Below the pieces are notes generated by a model. It ran no database searches. It was not told the DNA's origin and was given only the letters and a program-made list of their open reading frames with translations. From the NCBI GenBank assembly GCA_964016885.1, contig OZ024744.1, forward strand, positions 68,014,001 to 68,078,000: 64,000 bases of DNA, written 5' to 3'. This document shows positions 38,826-52,450 of the stretch, one piece after another; position 1 is the stretch's first letter, and each line of letters begins with the position of its first letter. Position numbers and translations under genes: made by a program. This DNA is from Eledone cirrhosa (Eukaryota).

Positions 38826-38891
38826 TATTTTGTCTGATGAAGGCATAGCATATTGTTAATATGATATCCCCGAAATATATATAATGAAATA
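38826..38891 (+). ncRNA. Hammerhead ribozyme in right (sense) pLTR
   Basis: tattttgt-CTGATGA-stem II-GAAA-tatata-TA-atgaaata. Confidence 0.75.
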
Positions 38892-38929
38892 AATATGGTT
38901 TTATAAATATAGTTTTCCATTTATTTAAT

Positions 38930-38959
<30 letters not shown>

Positions 38960-38960
<1 letters not shown>

Positions 38961-39148
38961 TAATCAGGATGGATTAGTTAGAAACTGGTTAGACTAATAC
39001 TCACCAGAGTACTCGTTACTTGGGGTAGTAGAGTATGGTTATATGAATGAGTCAGGAGCCCGACGGCTGAGCTCTTGCCATTTCAGACTTTGGAACTAGC
39101 TGTTGAAATGGCAAGAGCTCAGCTGTCGGGGTCCTGACTCATTCATAT
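38960..39148. repeat. Inverted copy of the 15930-type repeat with terminal fold-back
   Basis: 39041-39085 is approximately the reverse complement of 39104-39148; between microsatellites. Confidence 0.7.
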
Positions 39149-39181
39149 ATATGTGTGTGTGTGTGTGTATGTGTATATGTG

Positions 39182-39234
<53 letters not shown>

Positions 39235-39241
39235 ATATGTG

Positions 39242-39322
<81 letters not shown>

Positions 39323-39690
39323 TAGAAAAGGGAAGTAATATAGAGAAAAGGTGAAGTTGGAAATAGCACGGGAAATATTTTTAAGGGTCTGTTTATCTTT
39401 TCTGATTCGTCAAAGTGACAATATTGAAAAGATAACATTATTAAAAAGATAATTGGATGAAAGGCAAAGTTAACCTCGGCGGGATTTGAACTCAGAATGG
39501 CAAGGGCCGTAACTCTATGCGCCAAAGCATGGCATCCGACACTCTACCAATACTGCCAATCCACCGCCTATATTATTAAAAAGATGTTATTAGAAAGATA
39601 ATGTTATTAAAAAGATAATGTTATTAAAAAATGAGAGGGACAATTCTTTTTAAAAAAATTTTTATGATGATACTTTTAAAGTATATGAAG

Positions 39691-39736
39691 AAATTACCGG
39701 TTTCGATGTGTTATTAAAATCCATCTTGTCAAATGA
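39691..39736 (-). ncRNA. Candidate U3-A8 variant hammerhead (paralogue at 44761-44808, plus strand)
   Basis: TTGACAA-gatg..catc-GAAA-ccgg-TA; stem I weak. Confidence 0.4.
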
Positions 39737-40331
39737 TGAGTGTAAAAAATTAAAAATTAAAAAGAGTTGATAGGAGTTAAAAACGAAAGGTTTAAAATTA
39801 AAATCAAAATCAAATGTTTGAGTAAATTTTCTTCCATCCTGCTGAAAGGTTGGGTGGAATGAGAATTTTACTTGTTTTTCTGCAAGGGAAGAAGTTGTTT
39901 TGAAAAATATCCTGTTTTGAGTGGTCACAATTTCAAAGGGGGATAGGGGATTGTAAGTGAGAGCTGAATTCTGTAGGAGTAGTAGTAGGATTGTATGTGT
40001 ACATATATATACACACATATATATAGAGAGAAAGTGTGAGGGTATATATACAACAGTACACACATGTGAGTGTGTGTGTGTATATGTATGTGTTTTTTTC
40101 AGTTTGTTTGTCATAGTCCTTTAGCAATAAAAACATGTGTGTGTATGTGTTTTTTCAGCCTGTCTGTCACAGAAACTTTTGTGGAGGGGAATTAACAAAA
40201 AAAGTTTTTCTCTTCAAAATTCAGAAAATTGTCAAAAATTAAAAACTAAAATCCAAAGGATTCTCAGAATCAAAAAATGTTTAAATTAAAGAAGATTTTA
40301 AAGCTGGGTAGAGTCATTCCTGCACAATCTG

Positions 40332-40777
40332 CAAAGATACACAAACCTATCTCCAACCTTACAGTAATAAAATGCGGAAGAACAAACTGTGGAACATGCC
40401 TATACTTAAATGAAGGGCAAAAATTCAGGTTTAAAGATGCCCAAACTTTCACAGTGAAAAACAACTTCACTTGCAACTTGGAGAACCTGATCTATATAAT
40501 CACATGTGGTGGCTGTCGACATAACTATATAGGATAGACGGGAGTGTCATTACGCAAAAGAATGACCATCCATCGCCAACAAATCCGAGACTTAAACACA
40601 AGGAAAACCCCCTTAAGTAGGCACATTTCAGATTGTGCAGGAATGACTCAACCCAACTTTAAAATCTTCCCCCTTTACAAGTGCTCCGATTCTTTCACTC
40701 AACAACAAATAATAAATAAGGAAAATCTATTTATTAACAAATTTAAACCAAAACTAAATGTTATCACCCCCCATTAG
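40332..40777 (+). pseudogene. Neptune-like PLE GIY-YIG endonuclease with one in-frame TAG
   Basis: KCGRTNCGTC linker, FTC...NLIYIITCGGCRHNYIG*TGVSLRKRMTIHRQQI...KENLFINKFKPKLN. Confidence 0.85.
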
Positions 40778-41573
40778 TTTTCCACACACACACACCACAA
40801 AGGGATCTGTGACAAACAGACTGAAAAACACACACACACACATACACCACAACGCCCTTCCCACCCACACACACATATGTACACTATTTTTTATGTGTGT
40901 GTGTGTGTATATATATATATTTGTATATATTTATATGGAGAATTATGTTTGTAAGTATTTATCTTATTATAATATTGTAGTGGGTTAAATATATAAATAT
41001 CTATATATATTTTAATAATAGCATATGTATTTTTATTAAAAAGATAATTTGCAATTATTAGTTGTTTATAATATGAGTTACGAGGGATTTTAATTTTGTG
41101 TTTTATGTAGATAAATAAATAAATAGGTAGTTCAAGTTTTAGGTGGTTATTTTTAATATGAGTTACGAGAGAAGTTGATTTTGTATTTTATGTAAATAAA
41201 TAGGTAGTTAAAATTATGAATTTATATATTTGGATAACTTGTTCAGCATTGAGAGTGTTTTAAATTAACGGAATTAGGTATAATAAGTTTATATGATTGA
41301 GAAAGGAAAGATAACTCCAATTTTATTTGTTAAACGATAAAAGTTTTAAGAGTTAGTGTGAGATTAATTAATTATTTAGTCGAAAGAAATATGAATGTTT
41401 AAACATCGTCTTGAATAGGATACATTTTCTAAAGTCAGTTAATGGTTATTAATCTACGTTTAAAAAAATAGATTTAGAGGGTGTCATTGGAAAAATAAAG
41501 TTAAAAAATTAAAAAATTAAAAAATTAAAATTAGAATTATATAGATATACATAAATATTTATAAATATCTATG

Positions 41574-41662
<89 letters not shown>

Positions 41663-41930
41663 TATTTAAAAAAATTGCTGAAACGTGAAAGTACTACAAA
41701 TATAAGAGATATGATTTAGCGATATTAATATATTAAAAATATAAATTGTTAAAAAAGATAGGATCATTTTGAAGATTTATAGGAATATTATAAATTACAC
41801 ATAGTTCTGAATGTAGAATTTTGGCGATGTCTGCAAGAATTAAATAATTCTGTTCTGAGATTAATAGACAGTTAATTATATAAAAAATTTCTTCAATACA
41901 CAATTTACAGAATTTTGATAAAGCCATGTT

Positions 41931-43073
41931 TTAGTTCGCAGGTGCTTCTGAAATCGTTTTCCAAGATATTGAATAGTCTATATTCTTGCTTTTTAAGTTC
42001 CATATAAGATGTGAAAGAGAAGTGGAAGATTTTTTATCAGATCTTCTGAAAGAGTGATTATGGTTATTCCAGCGATCTTTAAATTTTGTAGAAGTGGCAC
42101 CGACATAGTTAAATATATTATCACTAGTTTTTACTGTGCATTTATCTAAACATTTATTTTTATCTAAACATTTATTTTGTAAAGGGCAGTTTGATTTGAT
42201 TCTACAGTTACATTTTACGGAGTTGTTGTTGCTCGGAACGGTACTATTATGTTGGAAATTGCTAGAAATAAAATTATTGCTATTATGGTTATTTTGGTTA
42301 GGGTTTAAATTTAAGTTTCTATTATTAATTCTATTTATATTTTGTGCTATGTTCATAGTAGTAGAGTAGGATAGTTTTATAGTATGTCTGTTAAAGATTG
42401 AGTGGTATCTGTGGGCTTTAGGAAAACATTTGTCTAGTGCTTTAAAGAATAGTTTTGCTAAAGGTGTTTTAACACTTAATGAGAATGAGGGTGAGTACCA
42501 CATACTATTTCTAGTTCTAGTTCTTTTGTTTGGTTTAGAGTTTAAGTTAAATAGTTTATTATAATTAATACTAGGGTGATTTGCCATGTTATTGTTGTCA
42601 ATGTATTTAATTTTATTCGAATACCTTGCTCTATTTAAAGCTTCATTATAATATTCAGCCTTATCATCAAAAATATTTTTATTAGCAGAGATGCGTGAAA
42701 TTCGTTGTTGGACGCTATTGACAATAGTGTTCTTAATAGATCTAGGATGATTAGAGTTAAAACTTACGTAATTTAGATTCTCATTAATTTTATGGAAAGG
42801 ATAGTAAAGCCCTGTGCTAAGGTTTAATGTTACGTCTAAGAAGTTAACGATTTTATAGTTATTCTCTATTTTTAACTTAAGGTTATAATTATTGAAAAAT
42901 TGTATTATGGATTTTCTTTTCCTATTAATTTCACAATTACTATGATTTTCAATTAAAAGTAGCATATCATCACGATATAAACCACCGGTCATTTCTGGCA
43001 TTTTCCTATGCAGTGTATTATTAATAAATAAGCCCACAAGATCCGTTATTTGCGCCGAGTCAGATGACCCCAT
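41931..43073 (-). CDS. PLE RT C-terminal half and GIY-YIG (disrupted upstream and downstream)
   Basis: MGSSDSAQ, GGLYRDD, VNFLDVTL, CNCRIKSNCPLQNKC, YVGATSTKFKDRWNNH; clear paralogue of 35345-37208. Confidence 0.88.
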   Translation of the reverse strand: MGSSDSAQITDLVGLFINNTLHRKMPEMTGGLYRDDMLLLIENHSNCEINRKRKSIIQFFNNYNLKLKIENNYKIVNFLDVTLNLSTGLYYPFHKINENLNYVSFNSNHPRSIKNTIVNSVQQRISRISANKNIFDDKAEYYNEALNRARYSNKIKYIDNNNMANHPSINYNKLFNLNSKPNKRTRTRNSMWYSPSFSLSVKTPLAKLFFKALDKCFPKAHRYHSIFNRHTIKLSYSTTMNIAQNINRINNRNLNLNPNQNNHNSNNFISSNFQHNSTVPSNNNSVKCNCRIKSNCPLQNKCLDKNKCLDKCTVKTSDNIFNYVGATSTKFKDRWNNHNHSFRRSDKKSSTSLSHLIWNLKSKNIDYSISWKTISEAPAN

Positions 43074-43584
43074 AGTGATATCAAAATTATTTTTTCTATC
43101 GGCTCTTATCCATTAAAGTTTTCCGTGCTGTTAGAATGATATTCATTTCATCACTAGATAAATCTGCATGTTTAGATGCGCAGATAAGAGCCCTATTAAG
43201 TAAACTAGGAGTAATAGAGGAGTAGTAATTTGCAATATCCATTTGAATGAATTTTTTGTTGTTTAAATTTTATGTTATTGAACCAATCTATAACTTCATA
43301 AGTACCGTTCCATAGTTTCAGGTGTGATAGTTTAAGTTGCGGTATGATTCTATCTAATTTCCTTTTTTTTTTTCATTTTTCTTTCTTTTTCTCTTATATC
43401 TAAACTTTCCATAGCGTTTAAAATAACGGTTTTTCAATCATATAACTCAACGTTATTTACATATTCATTTGCATACTCATACATAAGTTTGAAAAATCCG
43501 TTCTTTAATCTCACTACCCAAAGAAAATTCAACTGATAAGGTATGTTTTCCTTGGCTATGTCAACATTTATAAAACACTCTTTG

Positions 43585-43646
43585 TATTTTATCTGATGAA
43601 AGCGTACCAAAGTTTTTGGTACCCTTGAAATATATATAATAGAATA
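43585..43646 (+). ncRNA. Minimal type I hammerhead ribozyme
   Basis: tattttat-CTGATGA-aag c gtaccaaa..tttggtac c ctt-GAAA-tatata-TA-atagaata. Confidence 0.85.
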
Positions 43647-43780
43647 AATATGGTTTTATAAATATAGTTTTCATTTATTTAATATCATTGAATATTTACT
43701 CCAGAAAGCTGACGAGTGCTCTGAATCAGTTATAAACGTTTATATTTGTTGAATTTCCAACAAATTAAATATCCCTTCTA

Positions 43781-43939
<159 letters not shown>

Positions 43940-44944
43940 ACCACAAAATAAGAGGGAAAAAATGACCCATTGCAGGAGCTACTGCTACAGATACTCTGGC
44001 CTTCTTTAAAGAATTCTTTTGAAAATTATTTTTGTAATGTTTAAATTTTGAGATTCTGAGAATCCTTCGGAATTTAGTCTTTAACTTTTGACAATTTTCT
44101 GAATTGTGTTGAAAAAATGTTACTTAATTCCCGGTGTGTGTATGTATTTATTTATATATATATATTCACACACTATGTCTCATTTCAAAATAAGAGGAAA
44201 AATTTACTCATTGCAGAAGTTACTGCTACTGATACTCAGGCTTTTGTTAAGGTAGTCCTTTTGAGAGAGTAAAGATTTTTTTGATTTTTTTGGGGAAAAT
44301 TTTTTTTTGTTAATTCCCTTCCACAAAAGTTTCTGTGACAGACAGGCTGAAAAGAACACACACAACTCCCCCCCCCCACACACACATGTGTTTATTGCTA
44401 AAGGGACTATGACAAACAAACTGAAAAAAAAAAACACATACATATACACACACACTCACACTCTCTCTATATATATGTGTGTGTGTGTATATATATGTAC
44501 ACATACAATCCTACTACTACTCCTACAGAATTCAGCTCTCACTTACAATCCCCTATCCCCTTTGAAATTGTGACCCCTCAAAACAGGATATTTTTCAAAA
44601 CAACTTCGTCCCTTGCAGAAAAACAAGTAAAATTCTCATTCCACCCAACCTTTCAGCAGGATGGAAGAAAATTTACTCAAACATTTGATTTTGATTTTAA
44701 TTTTAAACCTTTCGTTTTTAGCTCCTATCAACTCTTTTTAATTTTTAATTTTTTACACTCAACATTTGACAAGATGGATTTTAATAACACATCGAAACCG
44801 ATAATTTCTTCATATACTTTAAAAGTATCATCATAAACATTTTTTAAAAAGAATTGTCCCTCTCATTTTTTAATAACATTATCTTTTTAATAACATTATC
44901 TTTTCAATAATGTCACTTTGACGAATCAAAAAAGAAAAACAAAC

Positions 44945-45151
44945 CGGCCCAAACCGGCCAGAATTCTCTACCTCTTTCTGTTGAAACTGGCTGTAACCGG
45001 TCGCTCATACTGATGTTAAGGCATTGTTCTCAAAATAAATACTTTCAAAATCTCATAGATTCGATATTATGTGAGATAATTATGTGAGATAAAATCTTTA
45101 CCATAAAAATATAATAATATATATAGAGTAATGTAAATGCTAAAGGGTTAA
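44945..45151 (+). mobile_element. piggyBac-type MITE (left end degraded)
   Basis: Body matches the 5469 copy; ends taaatgctaaagggttaa. Confidence 0.75.
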
Positions 45152-45199
45152 ATATATCTCCCGTGCTATTCCCAACTTCATCTTTTCTCCCTCTCTCTA

Positions 45200-45305
<106 letters not shown>

Positions 45306-45380
45306 TTCTTATATATTTGATATATATTTATCCTTATCGAGCCCTCTTTGGATTTTAGTCTTAAAATTTATTATTATTAC

Positions 45381-45412
<32 letters not shown>

Positions 45413-45448
45413 TATACATATATATATACATATATATGTGGGTGTGTA

Positions 45449-45490
<42 letters not shown>

Positions 45491-45499
45491 GGGGGGGGG

Positions 45500-45584
<85 letters not shown>

Positions 45585-46983
45585 CGTGTGTGTGTGTGTG
45601 TGAGAGAGAGCGTGTTTGTTTTGCAAATACATATACATGTATGCATAAAAAGTTGTATTACAAAAACTATTAAAATAATTACATTTTGCCAAAGAATTTT
45701 GATGTTATTTCTTTTACTTTTTTTTTAGGAATTACAAATCATTTTTTGAATTCTTTATATGTAATATCTATATTTGCATTTTGACGGGTTTTATCTTCTT
45801 ACCGCACAGTTTTAAGAGTGAGAGTAAGAATAAGATGACAACTATTAATAAAACAAGTCATGCATTTAAATTGAAATAAAATAAATATTTTTAAAAATAA
45901 ATAAAATGAAAAAAATAAATAATTAATAAAGAAAAAATAATTAATAAAAAATATTAATATGTATGTTCTTATATTCTTTTACTAGTTTCAGTAATTGGGC
46001 TATGGGCACACTGGTGCACAATCATCACGATGTTTAAGAGAATAAATGGACCTTACCCCCTTTGGTACATATTTTATCAACTTCATAAGGTGCAATAACA
46101 AAGTCAACCTCAGTGTAAAGGGACATAATATATATAAACGAAATGCTACAACATATATTTATTCAATACATTGATATTGCTGGCACACTCACACACACAT
46201 ACACACCCTCAAAGATAAAAACATACACATGCATATTAATTTGAGGAATATGAGGTAGTGGTTGCTGCAGAATAAAATAGAAACTATGTAATAAGAAGGC
46301 TGCAGCCTGATGACATCCGTGCCCGCTGTACAGGCTGGTTGTTGTTTCAATTGGAGGGTTTGGCTATGGTTTTGAAGGGCGTTTTTTGATTTTTATTTTG
46401 TCTTGTATGGTATAAGTCTGGTGAGTGTGGTCGATGGAGGTTTACGGATTGTGTTTCCTTGATTTCATGGATAGCAATGGATTGTTGTACATTTTTTTAC
46501 TTCAAGTTAAGTAATTGACGGTTTAGTTACACAAACTTACACACACACACACAACATACATATACATATATATGTGTGTGTATGGGAACATATATGTATA
46601 TATATATATATGTGTGTGCATATATATATGTATATATATGTATATATATGTATATATATATATGTATGTATATGTGTGCATATATATATGCATGTATGTA
46701 TATATATATATATATATATATACATATATATACATACATGCATATATATACATGCATATATTTATATAGAGAGTGGAAGATGTTTTTTGAAGGTGTTTTT
46801 TGACGATAACACCCCAGGGAGAAAATTTGCTCCGAAAGAATTGCATGTGCCCGAAGGAACCTGCAGCCGTAGAATCAGCCAGATCCATACAGTGATCATG
46901 TCTCGAGCTACCTGCCGGCGAAATAATTGTAACACGTAATAAACTGAGTCCAGATGCATCACTGATTTTTCGTTTTTTTATAC

Positions 46984-47190
<207 letters not shown>

Positions 47191-48079
47191 GCACACATAC
47201 TCTTTCACATATATGACTATATGATTCTTAACATTCTGAATTCAATTTCCTGACCTGTGTGTCGTGTCCTTAAGCAAGGCACTTTACCTTGCTCCATTCT
47301 GCCCAGCTGGCAAAAAATTCAACAAAATCATCCTCAACACCTATGACAGTAAAGAAGAAGGATGTTGAAAGCCCTAACAAAATAATTGAACTCTAGTAGA
47401 CAGTATGAAGTCTTTTTAATGACTTATTCATTAGGCTGGCTATCAATGAGCGCCAACTACTCACATATCTTTGGCGAATTGTATAATCACAGCTTTTGGC
47501 AGTCAGGGAACTTTCAGATAACACCTCATAGACTGGATTATTCGATGTGAGAATTTAGTTTTTCCTTCACCAGCATATTTTCTAAAATAATTGTGATGAT
47601 TTCTAACATAGATACACGACCAGATACTTTGAGGGAGGTCTAGTCTAAAGTCTATTTCAAGCCCAAAGGCTCATCAGACCAGTGCTTTTGCTGGTTTCCA
47701 TGGCATTAAGTGAGTACAATACTCCCCGCTGGACCGAACACCAGTCTATTACAGGGTTAAACTCCTTGCTATTGCTGGTACTCATTTTCAGTTCAGTATA
47801 CTGGAGCAGTACAGTGGATTAAAATTGACCTCAGTATATAACTGCTACTTATTTTAAGGATCTTTAAAAGGATGAAAGGCTATGTAAACTCTGAAAATAT
47901 TTTAATTCATAACCAACACATCAAGAATTTACTGTTAAGCCAACTACAGTTTCTGCTAGCCACACTAAGTTTTTCAATAATAATGGTTTCTAATTTAAGC
48001 ACAAGACCAGTAATTTTTTAGTAAGTGATAATTGATTAAATTGGCTGGTACTATATTTTATCGAATACAGAGAGATGAA

Positions 48080-49100
48080 AGCAATTTTCTAAGGCGATCG
48101 ATTCATTATCTCTCCAACTGTTTGCTTTGCTCTGATTCCACTAAAGGACATTTGCTGAATGAAACCAGATGCAATGGACAAAATATAAACTATCTCCTCT
48201 GTATGGAAAATCTAAAAGTCTTTTCAAGGAATTACATCTAAAATTTGTCAACAAAGACTTAAGGATGCAAGTGATTTTAGACAAATACCTAAAAGCCACT
48301 TTAAGAAAGGGCAAATTAATCAGCAATGAGAATATTACACTAGTCATAGACACTGAAGTTAGAGAATTAGATCATAATCATCCATAAAATTACCTAGGAA
48401 TATACAAAACTGCTAAAATACATCAAAAGGAAACAAAAGAGCAAATTAGAAAAGAATACTACAGAAGAGTTAAACTAATATTAAAAACTGAACTGAATGC
48501 TAGCAATAAAATAATAGGTATAGATATACTGGCCGTACCAGTTATAAATTACAGCTTCAGTATAATAAACGGAAAGTTAAATGAGATGAAAGATTTAGAC
48601 AGAAAAACTGGTACTGACAGAGTACCGAAGCCACCACCTTTGAGCAAATATAGACAATAATATACCTACCCCATTTACAAGGAGGAGAAGGTTGGGTAAA
48701 AATAGAAATTTGTTATAAAATAGCAAGAGTCAGATTGAAAAATACTTAGAAACAAAGAGAGGATGGCTGATAAAGTGAATGTAGAAACTTGAAAAACAAA
48801 AACAAATAAATGTTCTCATTATACAGGAATGTGATAAATTACAAGTTAGAAGCAAATTATGCTCAAACAATAAATTTAGATAATAAAGTAAAATTGGTTA
48901 AAGAGATAACAAAACAACAACAAAAACATGAAAATAGGTTTACAAAACAAACCAAAGAAAAAAGGGAAAAAGAAACCACTCTATAGCCAAACCCAACTGA
49001 GAAGTAAGCTAAATTGAATACCAACAATGGTTCAAAAGCTCTGGACCAGAATCGGAAACAGAAATCCTGATTCTTCTTACATAAGACAAATATCTGACAA
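48080..49100 (+). mobile_element. Degenerate R4/Dong-like non-LTR retrotransposon remnant
   Basis: INYLLCMENLK (degenerate YMDDLK), YLGI...KEQIRKEYYRRVKLILKTELNASNKI.GI..LAVPVINYSF...LDRKT, YLP...GGRG. Confidence 0.7.
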
Positions 49101-49186
49101 CAAATTATAAGAAAGAACAAAATGAAAACTTGATGGTGCACCTGGTGATGCAGTAGACAGTTATATAATAAATACTATTGAAGAAA

Positions 49187-49212
49187 TAATAATAATAATA
49201 ATAATAATAATG

Positions 49213-49265
<53 letters not shown>
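49187..49265. repeat. (AAT)n tract at the Tx1 3' end
   Basis: Direct inspection; abuts ttttctttatt. Confidence 0.9.
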
Positions 49266-49266
<1 letters not shown>

Positions 49267-51631
49267 TTTTCTTTATTAACCACAAGGGTTTACATAAAGT
49301 AGACATTAAGGACAGTACAGGACAATACAGGACGGTACAAATGGGCATTTCTGCGTGTAAAAAAACAGAGGATGTAATAAAAAATAACAATGAAAAATTC
49401 CCCAATAGGGGGGAGACTTCCGAGGGACATTTGTGGAGAAAACCCATTAAAAAGGCCACAGTGACCCTGACCACCAGGGCAAGTGCCCTCTCCCAGTTTT
49501 CCACCTTTAATTTACAGACACATACTCAGAGAAGGCCCATTCACTCGGGCCATACTTGCTTCTCTCACTCATCTTTCAACAAAATGATGGGAAGAGAGCA
49601 CTTCCGTCTCTACCCTGATTTTCCTTTTCAAATGAAATTTGAAAAAAGTTAATCAGGGCATTACCGAAGAGGTAAGTGCTCGTCTTCAGCCCTTTCAAAC
49701 GTGTCCACCATACTATCTCTTTCGCCATGGCCACCAGACAGATAAAAACTGCCTGCCCTTCCCTGCTAAAGGAAGAGGGCGGGGCAATCCTCACGATGGA
49801 CTCAGCTGATAGCTGGATCCGTCCTACACGTGACAGCAGGTGTTCGACATAAACCCACAAGTCAGCAATGCTCGGACACTGGACGAGTGCGTGCAGGACG
49901 GTTTCGTCGCCCTGCGCGCATCTCGGACATGTCCGGCTGACGGCACCTCCATGCCTGTAGAGTTTATCCCGAACTGGCAAAGCTCCCCGGTAGCACTGCA
50001 AGGCCAGGGATTTCTGGAAGTTGTCCATAGGCCCCGGCCCGAAAGTTCTTCCATAGAGATTGGCTAGTTGATTTTCGTCGACGCCTAGAGTTTCTCCAAG
50101 TGCGTCGTCGCTCTTCCCCTCCACTAATCCTCTATAGAACGCCAAGGTGGAGTTTCCACCGATCACATTGCCCGATTGGTCGAGGTCTGTGAGCGCCTGA
50201 TGACATTCCAGTCTCCAAGCGCTCCCTCTCGGTCTTCGCTTGACCCAGGATTGCAGCTCCGTCAAGGAGACGAGCTGGGGAAAGACGTGTCTAGCAAACG
50301 GCGACCACACCTGATCACCGTCGAGAAAGAGGTGGAGATGTCGTAGCCCGAGCGCGTGTCTGCGCATCATCAGCCACGGCATGCCCAGCCCTCCATGTAG
50401 TGGGTGTTGACAGCAGATGGACCGCCTGACCATCGGAGCGCGTCCCTTCCACAAAAAGCGAAAAAGTAAACGCTCCAGCGCAGTCATGCGGGGCGTAGGA
50501 CAAGGTACGACGGTCAGGCGGTAGTAGATGACGGACGCGATGTACGCGTTAGCCGCTTTCAGGGATAGCTTCCTCTCCGCCCATTTCTGGGTGAGAGAAG
50601 CCATCCTGCTCGTCACCTCGACCCAGTTTTTGTCCGTCTGGAGGTCCGGACCGAACCAGACCCCTAGCAATTTAACCGGTCCGTCCGCCCAGCGCCTGAC
50701 GACGCTGTTGGACGGCATGGACCTGACTCTCGAGGTGCCGAGCTACAGGCCCACTGACTTTTCCTGGTTGATCATTGCTCCTGTCACCGCTTCGTATTCT
50801 CTTAGTGTAGTGCCGATCGCCTCGATGTGTTTGTCGTTCGACACCACTACGGTGACATCGTCCGCATACGCTGACACGGATCTTCCGCATCCTAGTTAGC
50901 GCGGGACCCCTCTCAACGTCTCCAGTTTGGGCAGTAATGGCTCGAGAGTCAATACGTACAAGAGGGACGAGAGGGGACATCCTTGGCGGACCGAGCGCAT
51001 GATGTTGAACGGTTCCGAAAGGTGACCATTCACTCTCACCACAGAGTAGATGTCGCTGTGCATGGCAGCGATCCAGCCTCTGAAGACGGGCCCAAAGCCA
51101 GCCGCCCTCAGGACTGCCGCTAGGTAACGATGGTCGACCCTATCGAAAGCTTTCGACTGATCTAAATTGATCAAGGACCCACCCGTGCCAGGTTCCCTAG
51201 CTACCCTCTCTACGATGTATCGCATGAGGTGGAGGTTGTCGTGGATGGATCTGTTGGTTTTGTTGCTGTCTTCTTGTTGCTGCTGTTCGGTATGTTTGTC
51301 TTGTTGTGTTTGCGATGTTGATGTTTGTGGTGATGCTGATGGTGGTGGTGTGGTGGCTGTTGGTGGGTTGGTGGTGCCGTTGCCGCGAGTCGCCTTGCAT
51401 CCTTTACCCCTCTTTGTTTGCCTTCGCTTTTGGAGGGTGAAGTTAAGGTTTTTTTTTTATTTTTTGTGGCAGACTGTTTGCCACTTCACTCCCGCCTCAA
51501 ACTCCATGTCGGATTCAGTGGCGTCTGGGAGGGGTATGAGCTCCACTGCTGTTGGTGGTGGTAGTGGAGCCCTCTCCGGCAATTTTGTTGCTGGTGCAGC
51601 TACTGCAAATGTAGCTATTGGTGTTACCGCC

Positions 51632-51666
<35 letters not shown>

Positions 51667-52450
51667 AGTTATCCGTGGCCTTGGTACGCGTGCCACAGAC
51701 GTTGCCCTCCTACTCACCGTGGAAGGGTCTTCTGCGTTTGTTGCCTTCCCTGCTCTTGGTAGCAGCAGACCAGGCATCGGGAGGAGGGCGGCTTCTTCTT
51801 CGCTGTCTTCTGCAGGCAAAAGGCCCTGAGGTGACCCTTTGACCCACAGAGATAACATTTTGGCCGTCTTCCTTCTACGCGTATAGGGAGTTGGAGTCCT
51901 TCCTCAACGTCTATGATATCGGGGATAGCGTCGATACATTCCTTGTCAGTTTGTATAAGCATTTGCATGCCTATACCTGACCAGTTCTCTCTCCCTATTT
52001 TCTCTACTTGCAGCATGGTCGTCCTGTCCTTGATTCCAGCCAGGACAGACATGGCCTTCCAAGCTATGGGAACGTCGGGTGGGACCTGGGTCACTTTGAC
52101 CCTCACAATTTTCTGCCCGCAGTAGTAGGGCACCAAGACTATGTCCTCGCTCTTTAGGGTTTCCAAAGAGTGAGACTTCGCCTCTTGAGGGGTAGCGAAA
52201 AGTACGTCTACTGTGGCATACTTATGCATTGGGTGATGTGGGTTTTGTGCGCACAGACGGACCCCAAGGGCTTTGGGATTTGAGCCTCCGTGGCTCTCTC
52301 CACACGATGTGACATTTTGCTTACGGTGCGGTAAGTCACCGTCCGTAGCTGCTGGTCCTTGAAAAAATCGGGTGGAGGTGTCAGGGAAACTCTATTGGCA
52401 TTTCTTGTCACCATGGCCCTTGCGACTGCCATCTCCTCCTCTGTGACTAA
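49266..52450 (-). mobile_element. L1/Tx1-like LINE with internal deletion
   Basis: ORF1 with CCHC knuckle CYLCGSKGHLRAFC (51714-52229); ORF2 RT LDQSKAFDRV, SVRQGCPLS, AYADD, then GGLG and CPRC...ETVLHALVQC (49576-51250); APE domain and RT N-terminus missing. Confidence 0.9.

Larger units (their letters stand above)
32900..38935 (+). mobile_element. Naiad-type Penelope-like retroelement with large inverted terminal arms
   Basis: 32990-35347 is the reverse complement of 36588-38935 (near-identical); unique RT core between; (TA)n on both flanks. Confidence 0.92.

Noticed and set aside
46300-46850. CTGATGA at 46307 and TTGACGA...GAAA near 46800 as hammerheads
   Set aside because: No consistent stems I-III around the motifs
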